Notes: generated by a model not told the origin, from the letters alone. Positions 15,951 through 24,625 are shown, counted from the stretch's first letter. The stretch is DNA of 24,899 nt from an uncultured bacterium (GCA_964438745.1 CAYTLS010000001.1:1-24899), one strand, 5' to 3'. Numbers and translations: made by a program.

Positions 15951-16928
15951 TTAAAATTTATCAACTGAATAGTCTTCATGACTGATCCAGATCACGACGT
16001 GATACCGGCCATTATTTTGGCTCAATCCTACCTGGATACTTTTCTTATCAATCTTCCATTCCGCTGTCCATTCGATAAATTCTTCTTCTAATTCTGATTT
16101 TTCAATAAATTTTGTATCTGTTAACCCATGCAATCGGTTATAATAATCAATAATATTTTCCCAGTTTTCTTTAAGTTCCGAGTTGTATTGTGTGCCCAAA
16201 TAACCGTTACTAACCAGGTTGATCAAGTATAACTTATCATTTTTGTAGACCGGTTTGAGATTATATTTATAGTCACCCAAATTCACTTTATAAATGGGGT
16301 TGTTGATCATTAATTCTTCGACTTTGATCCGTGGATCCTCTTCAAATTTTAAATTTGCTTCTTCTATAGTATCGCCAAAATTGATAAATCCAAAAGCCTT
16401 TTGCGCCAGTTTTTTATCCTTGGTTTGTTTTTTTTCCCGTTCTTTTTCCGCCTTTTTTTCTGCTGCCCGTTTAATATCTTTTTTCATGATCTGTTCGCGC
16501 AATTCAGAATAATTATCTATAATCTCACCATTTTTGAAAATAAGAACCGGTCCATTATCCTCAATATCAGCAATATAAAATTTGATTCCATAGGTTTTTA
16601 AGGGAAATAGCATAAGCGATAGTGTATCAGTCGTGGCTGTATATTCGGCCACAAAATCATTGAATAATTTTCGTGTGTCTTTGGGATTATAAACAGCCTG
16701 CCGGTTCAGTTTTACACTGATACTGCGATTAAATTTGTAGGGAAGACGATCCAGATTTGAATTATCATAAAGATAAGATTTTTCCAAAACGGATTCCCAT
16801 TTTGGTAATACTTCGTCAGCAAAATGCTCATCGACATATTTTTTGTAAAATGAACTTTGATAAAAAACAAAGGCCAATGCGCTTAAGACTAATATAGATA
16901 TCAAAATAAATTTGAATAAGGTTTTCAA
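15951..16928 (-). CDS. Membrane-anchored hypothetical protein (about 325 aa); start reassigned from 17123 to TTG 16928
   Basis: Strong RBS GAGGAG 8 nt before an in-frame TTG. The new start gives MKTLFKFILISILVLSALAFVFY (signal/anchor) and removes a 190-bp same-strand overlap with the upstream gene. Confidence 0.75.
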   Translation of the reverse strand: MKTLFKFILISILVLSALAFVFYQSSFYKKYVDEHFADEVLPKWESVLEKSYLYDNSNLDRLPYKFNRSISVKLNRQAVYNPKDTRKLFNDFVAEYTATTDTLSLMLFPLKTYGIKFYIADIEDNGPVLIFKNGEIIDNYSELREQIMKKDIKRAAEKKAEKEREKKQTKDKKLAQKAFGFINFGDTIEEANLKFEEDPRIKVEELMINNPIYKVNLGDYKYNLKPVYKNDKLYLINLVSNGYLGTQYNSELKENWENIIDYYNRLHGLTDTKFIEKSELEEEFIEWTAEWKIDKKSIQVGLSQNNGRYHVVIWISHEDYSVDKF

Positions 16929-16932
16929 AATA

Positions 16933-17460
16933 TTAACTCCTCTTTCTGTTAAAAAATCCAAGAATAATTCCCAACATAACTGACCATAGAGCAGCCAGAC
17001 CGATTTGATAATTTTTCGGTAAAGAAAAAGTAATCGTATGCGCCGGTATCCAGAACCAAAGCAAAGAATATAACCCTTTATCGATATTGTCCCAGTTTTT
17101 ATTTTTCTTGAATAAATTATCAAGCACCCGGTGAAAAATCACAAGAAATAAACCAAATTGTAAATTCATGGAAACTGAAAGAGCAAAACTTCTCATCAAT
17201 CCGGTCATTGGTGGTAAATATTGATGTGCAATTAAGTGATCAATAAATCCCTGGTATCCGGCAAAAGCATATTTGATCAGAATAGCCAGGATTCCCCACT
17301 CCGTCATTTTCCAGAGCATTTCCAGACCGGAAAAAGGATTATCGATTTTTCGTCCTACAATCCACCGAGAGATATATTCTCCCAGAGTTCCCAAAATAGC
17401 AAATTGTATAATCGCAGCCAAGATTCCATGGGTCTTTACAAATGTCAGGTACCATTCCAT
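16933..17460 (-). CDS. Mpv17/PMP22 family membrane protein
   Basis: About 4 TM helices. C-terminal LLWFWIPAHTITFSLP..QIGLAALWSVMLGIIL matches the Mpv17 W.P.Q/H..NF..P pattern. RBS AAGGA. Confidence 0.75.
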   Translation of the reverse strand: MEWYLTFVKTHGILAAIIQFAILGTLGEYISRWIVGRKIDNPFSGLEMLWKMTEWGILAILIKYAFAGYQGFIDHLIAHQYLPPMTGLMRSFALSVSMNLQFGLFLVIFHRVLDNLFKKNKNWDNIDKGLYSLLWFWIPAHTITFSLPKNYQIGLAALWSVMLGIILGFFNRKRS

Positions 17461-17590
17461 TTTATTTTCCTTATGTTTTCGCTAAAAGCTACAATTGTTT
17501 TAAGAAAAATCGAAAAAAAAATTACCGCCGAATAAAATAAAATGAGTAAATCTGCATTGTTTCTAAAAATATGACCGATGCCCATTTTGC

Positions 17591-17605
17591 GCCGATACCT
17601 TTCCT
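17591..17605. repeat. 15-bp exact intergenic repeat, copy 2
   Basis: Identical to 13994-14008. On the minus strand it lies within TTAACA-N18-CAAAAT upstream of the Mpv17 gene. Confidence 0.7.
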
Positions 17606-17695
17606 GCTGTTAAAAACCTTGAAAATTCATGACTAATTCAGGCTAATATATTGGCGCAACAATTTTTTCATGAGAAAACAAACCATTTTTTTTCA

Positions 17696-17724
17696 TTGCA
17701 TAGAGAACCATAACCGCCTAAATT
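17696..17724 (+). promoter_or_regulatory. Sigma-70 type promoter for the DtxR/MntR gene
   Basis: TTGCAT-N17-TAAATT, ending 45 nt before the ATG at 17770. Confidence 0.6.
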
Positions 17725-17769
17725 ACGATATTAACATTTGTTTTATGAATAATACAACCAGGGATTAAT

Positions 17770-18213
17770 ATGAGTACACATTGGCAGAAAATTGAAGCGG
17801 GAGTATTGAAACACAGTAGTGTTCATCATCTCATGGCAGTGCATCAATTATTGGATGAGCAGGGCTATGCCCGCACAACAGATATATCCAAAAAATTAAA
17901 TATTACAAGGGGTAGTGTCTCTATTACATTGAGCCGTCTTGAAGAAAATAATTATATAAAATTCGATGCCAATAAACATATCAGCCTGTCCCAAAAAGGG
18001 CAAAAGATTGTTGATGATGTCCTTCAAAAGCGAAAAATTCTATCTGAATTTTTAATGGAATCTTTGCAAATGGAAAAAAATGAGGCCGTAAATTGTGCTT
18101 GCCGAATGGAACATGTCATATCCCAGGAAGTGTTGAGAAGGCTGGAAATTTTCAATGACTTCTGCCGGGAAAATGTCTCCTCTTTACCGGAATTCAAACA
18201 AATACCCCTTTAG
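17770..18213 (+). CDS. DtxR/MntR family metal-dependent transcriptional regulator (no FeoA domain)
   Basis: wHTH GYARTTDISKKLNITRGSVSITLSRL, ISLSQKG, dimerisation motif ACRMEH; 147 aa. Confidence 0.9.
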   Translation: MSTHWQKIEAGVLKHSSVHHLMAVHQLLDEQGYARTTDISKKLNITRGSVSITLSRLEENNYIKFDANKHISLSQKGQKIVDDVLQKRKILSEFLMESLQMEKNEAVNCACRMEHVISQEVLRRLEIFNDFCRENVSSLPEFKQIPL

Positions 18214-18260
18214 AATTTGCTGTCATACTTTCCTGTAATATTAAAAAAAATGACAATGGG

Positions 18261-18291
18261 ACAAGGGATTGCAGTTCCTTGTTAACTTTTT
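18261..18291 (+). terminator. Probable terminator for the DtxR/MntR gene
   Basis: ACAAGGGA / TTCCTTGT stem (one G-U on the plus strand), 6-nt loop, followed by taacTTTTT. Confidence 0.5.
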
Positions 18292-18424
18292 ACTAATCAG
18301 GTATCCTGCTCCTGGAAAAAATAATTCCCATTATCCGGTTTCGTAGATAATCTGCGTTATATGTTCCCGACAATTATGAGAATTGTCCACAACAGGACAA
18401 CTGAACCTGTCAGGGAAGGTAAGT

Positions 18425-19195
18425 TTATTTTAATGGTTCGGTAGTATCGGTGTATTTTTGCAATATCTTCTGATATGTACCATTTTTGACAATAGTTTCC
18501 AGCCCCTTATTGAAATCATCACGAATTCCTCTTTCCCGAAAAGCGAATTTGTATTCTGTCGGTGGAAACAGATAATGAAATCTGACCGGTTCATTTGCTT
18601 TATTTCCAATCTCGTTCCGGACTTTTTTACGCAGGTAGTCAAAGATCCGTCTTTCCAACACAATCAGGTCGGCATCCCGTTCCAGAAATAACCGGTAAAC
18701 CTGGTTAGCCTGATGCGCATATTCGTAATAGTGCTCATTATCTTCAGCCATTTCCCGAAATTCATCTCCAAGCAATGTGCGCGCCCGCTGAAAGGCCAGC
18801 ACATGTTTATCTTTTAGAAAATCGATTGAAATGGTATCAGGATAATTTTTTTTCTTCAGGCTGATGGCGCAATTATTAAATCTGATCACAACAGGAGTAT
18901 AAAATACATTTTTCACAACTCCTTCTCTGATATTGATGGTGCCGTCAATCTGTCCGCTAGAGAGTTTGGAAAAAGTTCTGGCCAGCGGCAAATAAACCGG
19001 AACCACTTCATGATTACTAAAGGTGAAAGCGGTTTGAAGTATTTCCAGTTCAATCCCCCTGTTTTCTTCTTTTATTACATAAGGTGGAATTGAGTGGCTG
19101 ATACCGATTTTTATGATCTCGGCTTGTAAAGATTCAAGATTTACTAAGAGCAAAATGATGATTACAATAATTTTTCTAGAAATGCTTAAAAACAT
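18425..19195 (-). CDS. Orphan periplasmic substrate-binding protein (SBP_bac_3-like)
   Basis: Signal peptide, then IKIGISHSIPPYVI..GIELEIL, YLPLAR..GQIDG, FAFRE..RDDFNKGLETIVKNGTYQKILQKY. Confidence 0.88.
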   Translation of the reverse strand: MFLSISRKIIVIIILLLVNLESLQAEIIKIGISHSIPPYVIKEENRGIELEILQTAFTFSNHEVVPVYLPLARTFSKLSSGQIDGTINIREGVVKNVFYTPVVIRFNNCAISLKKKNYPDTISIDFLKDKHVLAFQRARTLLGDEFREMAEDNEHYYEYAHQANQVYRLFLERDADLIVLERRIFDYLRKKVRNEIGNKANEPVRFHYLFPPTEYKFAFRERGIRDDFNKGLETIVKNGTYQKILQKYTDTTEPLK

Positions 19196-19378
19196 GGACC
19201 ATTCCGTGATTATGATTAAAACTTTACCAATAAATTTAATAATTCTGACGTCCCAAAATAAATAATTATTTTAGTTTGCAGCATTTTTTTGCATCCACAC
19301 GTTACCGTTATATTAAAATTTATTTAACCTTTGTTTACACTATCTTGCTATCTTACATAACTAAAATTACAGGGATTT

Positions 19379-19879
19379 ATGAGTACATTTATTATTTTTA
19401 TTCTCTTTACCTGGTTTGTAATATTGTTTTTAATATTATTGAATGATTTGAGTTACGGGCTACTTAAAGAATTACACATTGCCAGGGATTCATGGGATTT
19501 GAATATATGTTGTGGCTATACAGAATGCGGAAAAATCAATGCTGATATCGTTAAACACAGCAGCGTAAAAAACTTTGTTTTATTAGAAGATATTTATAAC
19601 CTGCCATTTCAACCTGAACAGTTTGGCAATATTCTCTGTAGTCATACCATAGAGCATATTGAGGATCCACAAAAATTTCATAATGAATTAAGCCGGGTGG
19701 GCAAACGGATTACCTACCTGGTTCCGCCCCTTTGGGATCTTACAGCTGCTTTTAATATCTTCGAGCACCGCTGGATATTTCTGACCATCAAAAAGCGGCA
19801 TAATAAACTTCCAAAATATGTAAAACTACCCTTCTCAAAAATATTTCAAAAATTATTTGGCCAAAAAATAAAAGCTTAA
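19379..19879 (+). CDS. Small class I SAM-dependent methyltransferase domain protein with an N-terminal TM helix
   Basis: Motif I variant DLNICCG, then NADI, EDIYNLPF..FGNILCSHTIEHIEDP (Methyltransf_11-like). Confidence 0.8.
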   Translation: MSTFIIFILFTWFVILFLILLNDLSYGLLKELHIARDSWDLNICCGYTECGKINADIVKHSSVKNFVLLEDIYNLPFQPEQFGNILCSHTIEHIEDPQKFHNELSRVGKRITYLVPPLWDLTAAFNIFEHRWIFLTIKKRHNKLPKYVKLPFSKIFQKLFGQKIKA

Positions 19880-21076
19880 TCAGCAGTCACAATGTTTAGC
19901 CAGGCCACCCTCGGAAGTTTCTTTATAGAGATGGGGCAGATCATCGCCGGTTTGCTTCATGGTCTTGACGACTTTATCAAAATGGACATAATGTATTCCA
20001 TCGGAAATAATAGCGAAACTATTGGCGTCCAGAGCGCGGGAAGCGGCAAAAGCATTCCGCTCAATACAGGGAATCTGGACCAATCCCATGACCGGATCAC
20101 AGGTCAGGCCAAGGTGATGCTCCATACCCATTTCCGCGGCATATTCTATCTGATTGGGACTGCCACCAAATAATTGGGTCGCGGCACCGGCGGCCATCGC
20201 ACAGGCAGTACCAATTTCTCCCTGACAACCAACTTCAGCGCCGGAAATTGACGCATTATGCTTAACCAGATTACCAATAATACCGGCCGTCGCCAGGGCT
20301 CTCAAAATTTTTTGATCGCTGAATTTATTATTTTTCTGTATAATGTAGAGCACAGCCGGCAGTACGCCACAGGAGCCACATGTGGGGGCGGTAACAACAA
20401 TCTCACCGGCGGCATTTTGCTCGGCCACAGCCAGGGCATAGGCAAATAACAAAGAGCGCCGTTTCAGGGAATCCCGTTGCGATTGCGCTTTGATGTGGTA
20501 AGCTGCCGCTTTGCGACGCAGTCCAAGTTCTCCGGGGAGGGTACCTTCCTCTTCAATACCTTCGTGAATGCTCTTTTGCATGATTTGCCAGATCCTGGCT
20601 AAGTAATCCCAGATACCTTTTTGTTCAGAGATAGCGACTAATTCCCAAATATTTTTACCGGTCTGCCGGCACCATTCCAAAATATCCGTCATTGTTGTCA
20701 ATTTATAAAGCGATTGTATTTTATTTGTCACTGAAAAATCGGTGACCGAACCTCCACCGACACTGAAGCAAGTCCACTCACCCAATAATTTTTTCTGATT
20801 ATCATAAGCTTGAAAAGTCATACCATTGGGATGTTGCGGTAAAAAAATATCCGGTTTCCAGATAATCTCTGTTTCAGCCTCTCCCAGTCCTTTTTTAATC
20901 GCATAATCCGTCAGATGCCCCTTCCCGGTAGCCGCCAGACTTCCGTAAAGTGTTATCCTGAACTTTTCGGCATTACTGTACTGTGAGTGAAAATATTTTG
21001 CCGCCTGATTAGGACCCATTGTATGGGAGCTTGAGGGGCCGCGGCCGATTTTATAAATCTCTTGAATTGATTCCAT
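19880..21076 (-). CDS. sdaA: Fe-S-dependent L-serine dehydratase, single chain; start likely ATG 21076 (ORF track 21091)
   Basis: IGRGPSSSHTMGP, LYGSLAATGKGH, SVGGG, VVTAPTCGSCG, SISGAEVGCQGEIG, EHHLGLTCDPV.GLVQIPCIERN. Confidence 0.95.
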   Translation of the reverse strand: MESIQEIYKIGRGPSSSHTMGPNQAAKYFHSQYSNAEKFRITLYGSLAATGKGHLTDYAIKKGLGEAETEIIWKPDIFLPQHPNGMTFQAYDNQKKLLGEWTCFSVGGGSVTDFSVTNKIQSLYKLTTMTDILEWCRQTGKNIWELVAISEQKGIWDYLARIWQIMQKSIHEGIEEEGTLPGELGLRRKAAAYHIKAQSQRDSLKRRSLLFAYALAVAEQNAAGEIVVTAPTCGSCGVLPAVLYIIQKNNKFSDQKILRALATAGIIGNLVKHNASISGAEVGCQGEIGTACAMAAGAATQLFGGSPNQIEYAAEMGMEHHLGLTCDPVMGLVQIPCIERNAFAASRALDANSFAIISDGIHYVHFDKVVKTMKQTGDDLPHLYKETSEGGLAKHCDC

Positions 21077-21315
21077 AGCTATCCTGTTCATTTTTAAATA
21101 ACCGGAATTATACTAAAAATGTCACTAAAATACTAATCCTTTTCAAAGGGATTATTGCAGAATTTTTAATAATATTTTTGAAGGCTTACGGATGATATCG
21201 GATTTTACCATTTATATTACTTTTCCTAGGACCACTACCGGTATTAAACTGCTACTGCGAAAGGGATACAGACGATCCTACATGCAACTAAAAAAATGGG
21301 ACTGTTCGAATTTAC

Positions 21316-21693
21316 TTATTTGATAGCAACTGCTTCTATTTCAATCAGCGCATTTTTCGGCAGTTCGGATACTTCAACCAGGGCTCTGGCTGGTTTGGTT
21401 TCTGAAAAATATTCTTTATAGACCTCGTTGACAGCAGAAAAATCTTCCATTGACTTTACATAAACATTGACCTTAACGATGTCTTCCACTTTGTAATTTG
21501 CACCCTTTACCACAGCAATCAGATTTTTCAGTGATTGGTGGGTTGCGCGACTAATATCATCATCAATCAAAAGTCCGGTTGTCGGGTCAATGGGTATTTG
21601 TCCGGAACAAAATAACATTCCACCTTTTTCAACCGCCTGTGAATAGGGACCAATTGCCGCCGGTGCATTTTCTGTATGAATTTCTTTCCTCAT
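21316..21693 (-). CDS. ridA: RidA family enamine/imine deaminase
   Basis: APAAIGPYSQAV, FCSGQIP, VKVNVY, catalytic Arg in PARALVEV, LIEIEAVA. Confidence 0.93.
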   Translation of the reverse strand: MRKEIHTENAPAAIGPYSQAVEKGGMLFCSGQIPIDPTTGLLIDDDISRATHQSLKNLIAVVKGANYKVEDIVKVNVYVKSMEDFSAVNEVYKEYFSETKPARALVEVSELPKNALIEIEAVAIK

Positions 21694-21771
21694 AAAAACC
21701 CTTTGCTATTTACAATTTTTATTCTATTGATCGTTATTTTGTATATCTCAAAAAAGATAATGGTCTGTTGA

Positions 21772-22632
21772 TTACAGAAATTTTTTAATGGCTTTTATAC
21801 TTCCCAAAAATCCCATCAAAGAACCGATGATAACCATAGTAAAATAAAAACGGATATTCAACTCAATATGATAGTTGAAAACTGTCTGGAAATAATCATT
21901 CTGCACTTTGGCAATTACAAAAATAAAAAGGGAACTCAGGATAGAAGCGATCAGCCCTTCCAGAAATCCTTCGATCAGGAAAGGCACACGAATAAAATTA
22001 TCCGTGGCGCCGATCAGTTTCATGGTTTCCACGATCTCGCGACGGGCAAAAATAGACATTTTTATAGAATGAGAAATCAGTAATACGGAGATTATCGTGA
22101 GAAACAGAAATATGACCAATATGACAATCATAATACTGCGCTGATATTTTTCCATCAGATATAAAAATTTCTTGCGGTACTTGATCTCATCCACCGCCTC
22201 ATGTTTGCGAAAATTAGTGGTAATACTTTCCACCGAGGTTGCATTTCTGTAATTGGGCAGCAGAGAAATAGTAAAAGAAGGCGGCAGAGGATTGTATTCC
22301 AGCACATCCAGTATATCTTCACCAAATTCCGCTCTGAATAATTCAGCCGCTTCCCTGGCAGAAATAAACTTAATGCTTTCCACCTCATCACGGTTTTCCA
22401 GAAAAGTACGAAAATCGCTGATTTCTTCCTCTGTAACATTTTTATGCAGAAATATATCAATATCAAATTGCGAACGAATCTTATTGACAGCCGCCAATGT
22501 GTCACGGGCGCCGATAAAACTAAGCCCCACAATAATGAGGGCAATCCAAATGATCAATATCGTAAAGGCGCCGGCATATTTTGACCGCACCAATCCGTGG
22601 AATCCTTCTTTGAATAAAAACCAAAATACCAT
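21772..22632 (-). CDS. ftsX: Cell division permease FtsX
   Basis: TM-periplasmic-3TM layout; NPLPPSF, SIFARREIVETMKLIGATDNFIRVPFLIEG. Overlaps the ftsE stop by 1 nt. Confidence 0.93.
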   Translation of the reverse strand: MVFWFLFKEGFHGLVRSKYAGAFTILIIWIALIIVGLSFIGARDTLAAVNKIRSQFDIDIFLHKNVTEEEISDFRTFLENRDEVESIKFISAREAAELFRAEFGEDILDVLEYNPLPPSFTISLLPNYRNATSVESITTNFRKHEAVDEIKYRKKFLYLMEKYQRSIMIVILVIFLFLTIISVLLISHSIKMSIFARREIVETMKLIGATDNFIRVPFLIEGFLEGLIASILSSLFIFVIAKVQNDYFQTVFNYHIELNIRFYFTMVIIGSLMGFLGSIKAIKKFL

Positions 22633-23291
22633 CAGGTGGCACTCACTATTTTTGATTTGCTGATTTGAAACAGCCGATATTTGGGCACCCGGTTGATTAG
22701 ATCATAATCATGAGTCGCCATAATTACCGATGTTCCTGATTGATTAATTTTGTATAATAATTTCACCAGTTCGATACTGACGCGGGGATCAAGATTTCCT
22801 GTTGGCTCATCAGCAAGGAGAACTTTCGGCTCTATGGCCAGGGAGCGGGCCAGGGCTACACGCTGTTTTTCACCACCGGATAACTCGTGGGGTTTGTGAT
22901 ACCACTTGTCGGCTACATCCAGTTTTTCCAGCATTTCCTCAGCTCTTTCCTTAATATTCTTGGTCTTATAATTTGCAGCATAAAGTGCCAAAGCCACATT
23001 CTGATAAACATTGCGGTCCGGAAGAAGTCGGAAGTCCTGGAATAACATGCCGACTTTACGCCGTAAATAAGGTAAATCCTTACGGGAAATTTTTTTGCTG
23101 GAATATTGCTGGAAAACCACTTCACCCTTGTCTGGTTTTACATCCATATAAATTAAACGCAGGATCGTTGATTTGCCAGCACCCGACGGACCGGTCAGAA
23201 ATACAAAGTCGCCGGCATTGATCGTAAAATTGGCTTCTTTTATTCCTCCACGGTCATCAAATGTACAACTGGCGTCTTTAAATGATATCAT
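22632..23291 (-). CDS. ftsE: Cell division ATP-binding protein FtsE
   Basis: Walker [55 protein letters not shown]; upstream of ftsX. Confidence 0.93.
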   Translation of the reverse strand: MISFKDASCTFDDRGGIKEANFTINAGDFVFLTGPSGAGKSTILRLIYMDVKPDKGEVVFQQYSSKKISRKDLPYLRRKVGMLFQDFRLLPDRNVYQNVALALYAANYKTKNIKERAEEMLEKLDVADKWYHKPHELSGGEKQRVALARSLAIEPKVLLADEPTGNLDPRVSIELVKLLYKINQSGTSVIMATHDYDLINRVPKYRLFQISKSKIVSAT

Positions 23292-23500
23292 AGGAAAAAC
23301 TAATACCTCGCAAACAAATTAGCAACCAGAATGTTAGAGAATTACTAATATTTCGAAAAGAAGGAGTCAAATACAATTAATTTTTAGGAACCAAATATTT
23401 TTCATTGATAAAAATCAGATGTTTTACTTAATTTAAATTCGATTTTTGTCTTCCCGTTTTGTTATTTTTTTAATCCATTTTGAATAGAAACAATCACATT

Positions 23501-24625
23501 ATGAATACTATTTTCACAATCGGAATTTTCCTGTCCTTCTTTCTGTCGCTCTTACTGACAGCAAAAAAAGAAAAAAGTCTGCCGGATATTATTCTTGCCA
23601 TCTGGCTAAGCATCATTGGTGTTCATTTAACAAGTTACTATCTATATTCCCTTGATTTCTGGTCAAAGTATCCACACCTGATCGGGATAACTTTACCAAT
23701 ACCATTGCTACACGGGCCCATGCTCTTTCTTTATGTCCTCTATTCATTTCGGGATGAAACAGAAATAAGAAAAGTGGACTATCTGCATTTTGCACCGGCC
23801 CTTTTATCCTGGTTGTACATGTGCCGGTTTTATTTTTTTTATTCACCGGAAGAAAAAATAATGGTGGACAAAGGTCTCGTTGATGATTTTTCCGTGTTTA
23901 CGACAATTTCTTTGGTTGCTTTCATTATTTCCGGACTGGTCTATCCTGTTTTGGCTTACCTGGGAATCGGTAAATATGAGAAATTAAAAGATGACAACTT
24001 TTCCTATGATAATCGCATTAGTCTCAATTGGCTGAAATACTGTATTTACGGCACCGGCTTACTCTATTTAACCGCTGCGGCTGTAGTTATTTTACAAGAT
24101 GGTCTCAACATCGCTTTTTCCTTTAATGCTGATTTTATATTTTACATTTTGGTGGTTTTTTATGTGATATGTATTGGCTACTTCGGCATTCGTCACCAAA
24201 ATATCTTTACCGAAAAGGATAAAAATAACCGATTGGTAAAGACCAAACCCAAAGGGGAATACAAAAAATCCGGGCTCAAACCGGAGGTTGCCGAAGATAT
24301 TCACCAGCGGCTGGAAAAACTAATGCAGCAGGAAAAGCCTTATACCAATCCGAAACTGACCTTGAGCGAGCTGGCCGGCAGTCTTGATGTTTCGCCCAAT
24401 CATCTCTCTCAAATTATCAATCAGTATGCAGCTATGAACTTTCATGATTTTGTGAATCAATACCGGATTGATGAATTCATTCAAAAGGCCACAACCAATA
24501 AAAATTTCTCTCTTTTTGCCCATGCACTGGATGCCGGGTTCAATTCAAAATCTTCTTTTAACTATGTTTTTAAAAAACAAAAAGGCACAACTCCTTCCAA
24601 ATATCTGGCGAATTTACCTGCTTAA
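23501..24625 (+). CDS. AraC family regulator with an N-terminal multi-pass membrane domain (start ATG 23501 or TTG 23480)
   Basis: 6-7 TM segments, then KYKKSGL, YTNPKLTLSELA..SPNHLSQIIN..NFHDFVNQYRI, AGFNSKSSFNYVFKKQKGTTPSKY. Confidence 0.92.
   Translation: MNTIFTIGIFLSFFLSLLLTAKKEKSLPDIILAIWLSIIGVHLTSYYLYSLDFWSKYPHLIGITLPIPLLHGPMLFLYVLYSFRDETEIRKVDYLHFAPALLSWLYMCRFYFFYSPEEKIMVDKGLVDDFSVFTTISLVAFIISGLVYPVLAYLGIGKYEKLKDDNFSYDNRISLNWLKYCIYGTGLLYLTAAAVVILQDGLNIAFSFNADFIFYILVVFYVICIGYFGIRHQNIFTEKDKNNRLVKTKPKGEYKKSGLKPEVAEDIHQRLEKLMQQEKPYTNPKLTLSELAGSLDVSPNHLSQIINQYAAMNFHDFVNQYRIDEFIQKATTNKNFSLFAHALDAGFNSKSSFNYVFKKQKGTTPSKYLANLPA

Noticed and set aside
16929-17123. N-terminal 65-aa extension of the 15951 ORF in the ORF track
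   Set aside because: It overlaps the Mpv17 gene on the same strand. A strong RBS plus TTG at 16928 gives a clean signal-anchor N-terminus.
17651-17670. TTGGCGC as a sigma-54 -24 element
   Set aside because: There is no TTGC at the -12 position (the sequence reads TTTT).
21220-21300. GTAGGAT...ATCC (REP-like) and CCGGT..GCG.AGGGA (TPP-riboswitch-like) fragments between ridA and sdaA
   Set aside because: The stem is only 4-5 bp, there is a single copy and no RAYT/Y1 transposase. The TPP core motifs (CTGAGA, GAACCTGAT) are absent and the strand is opposite to the flanking genes.
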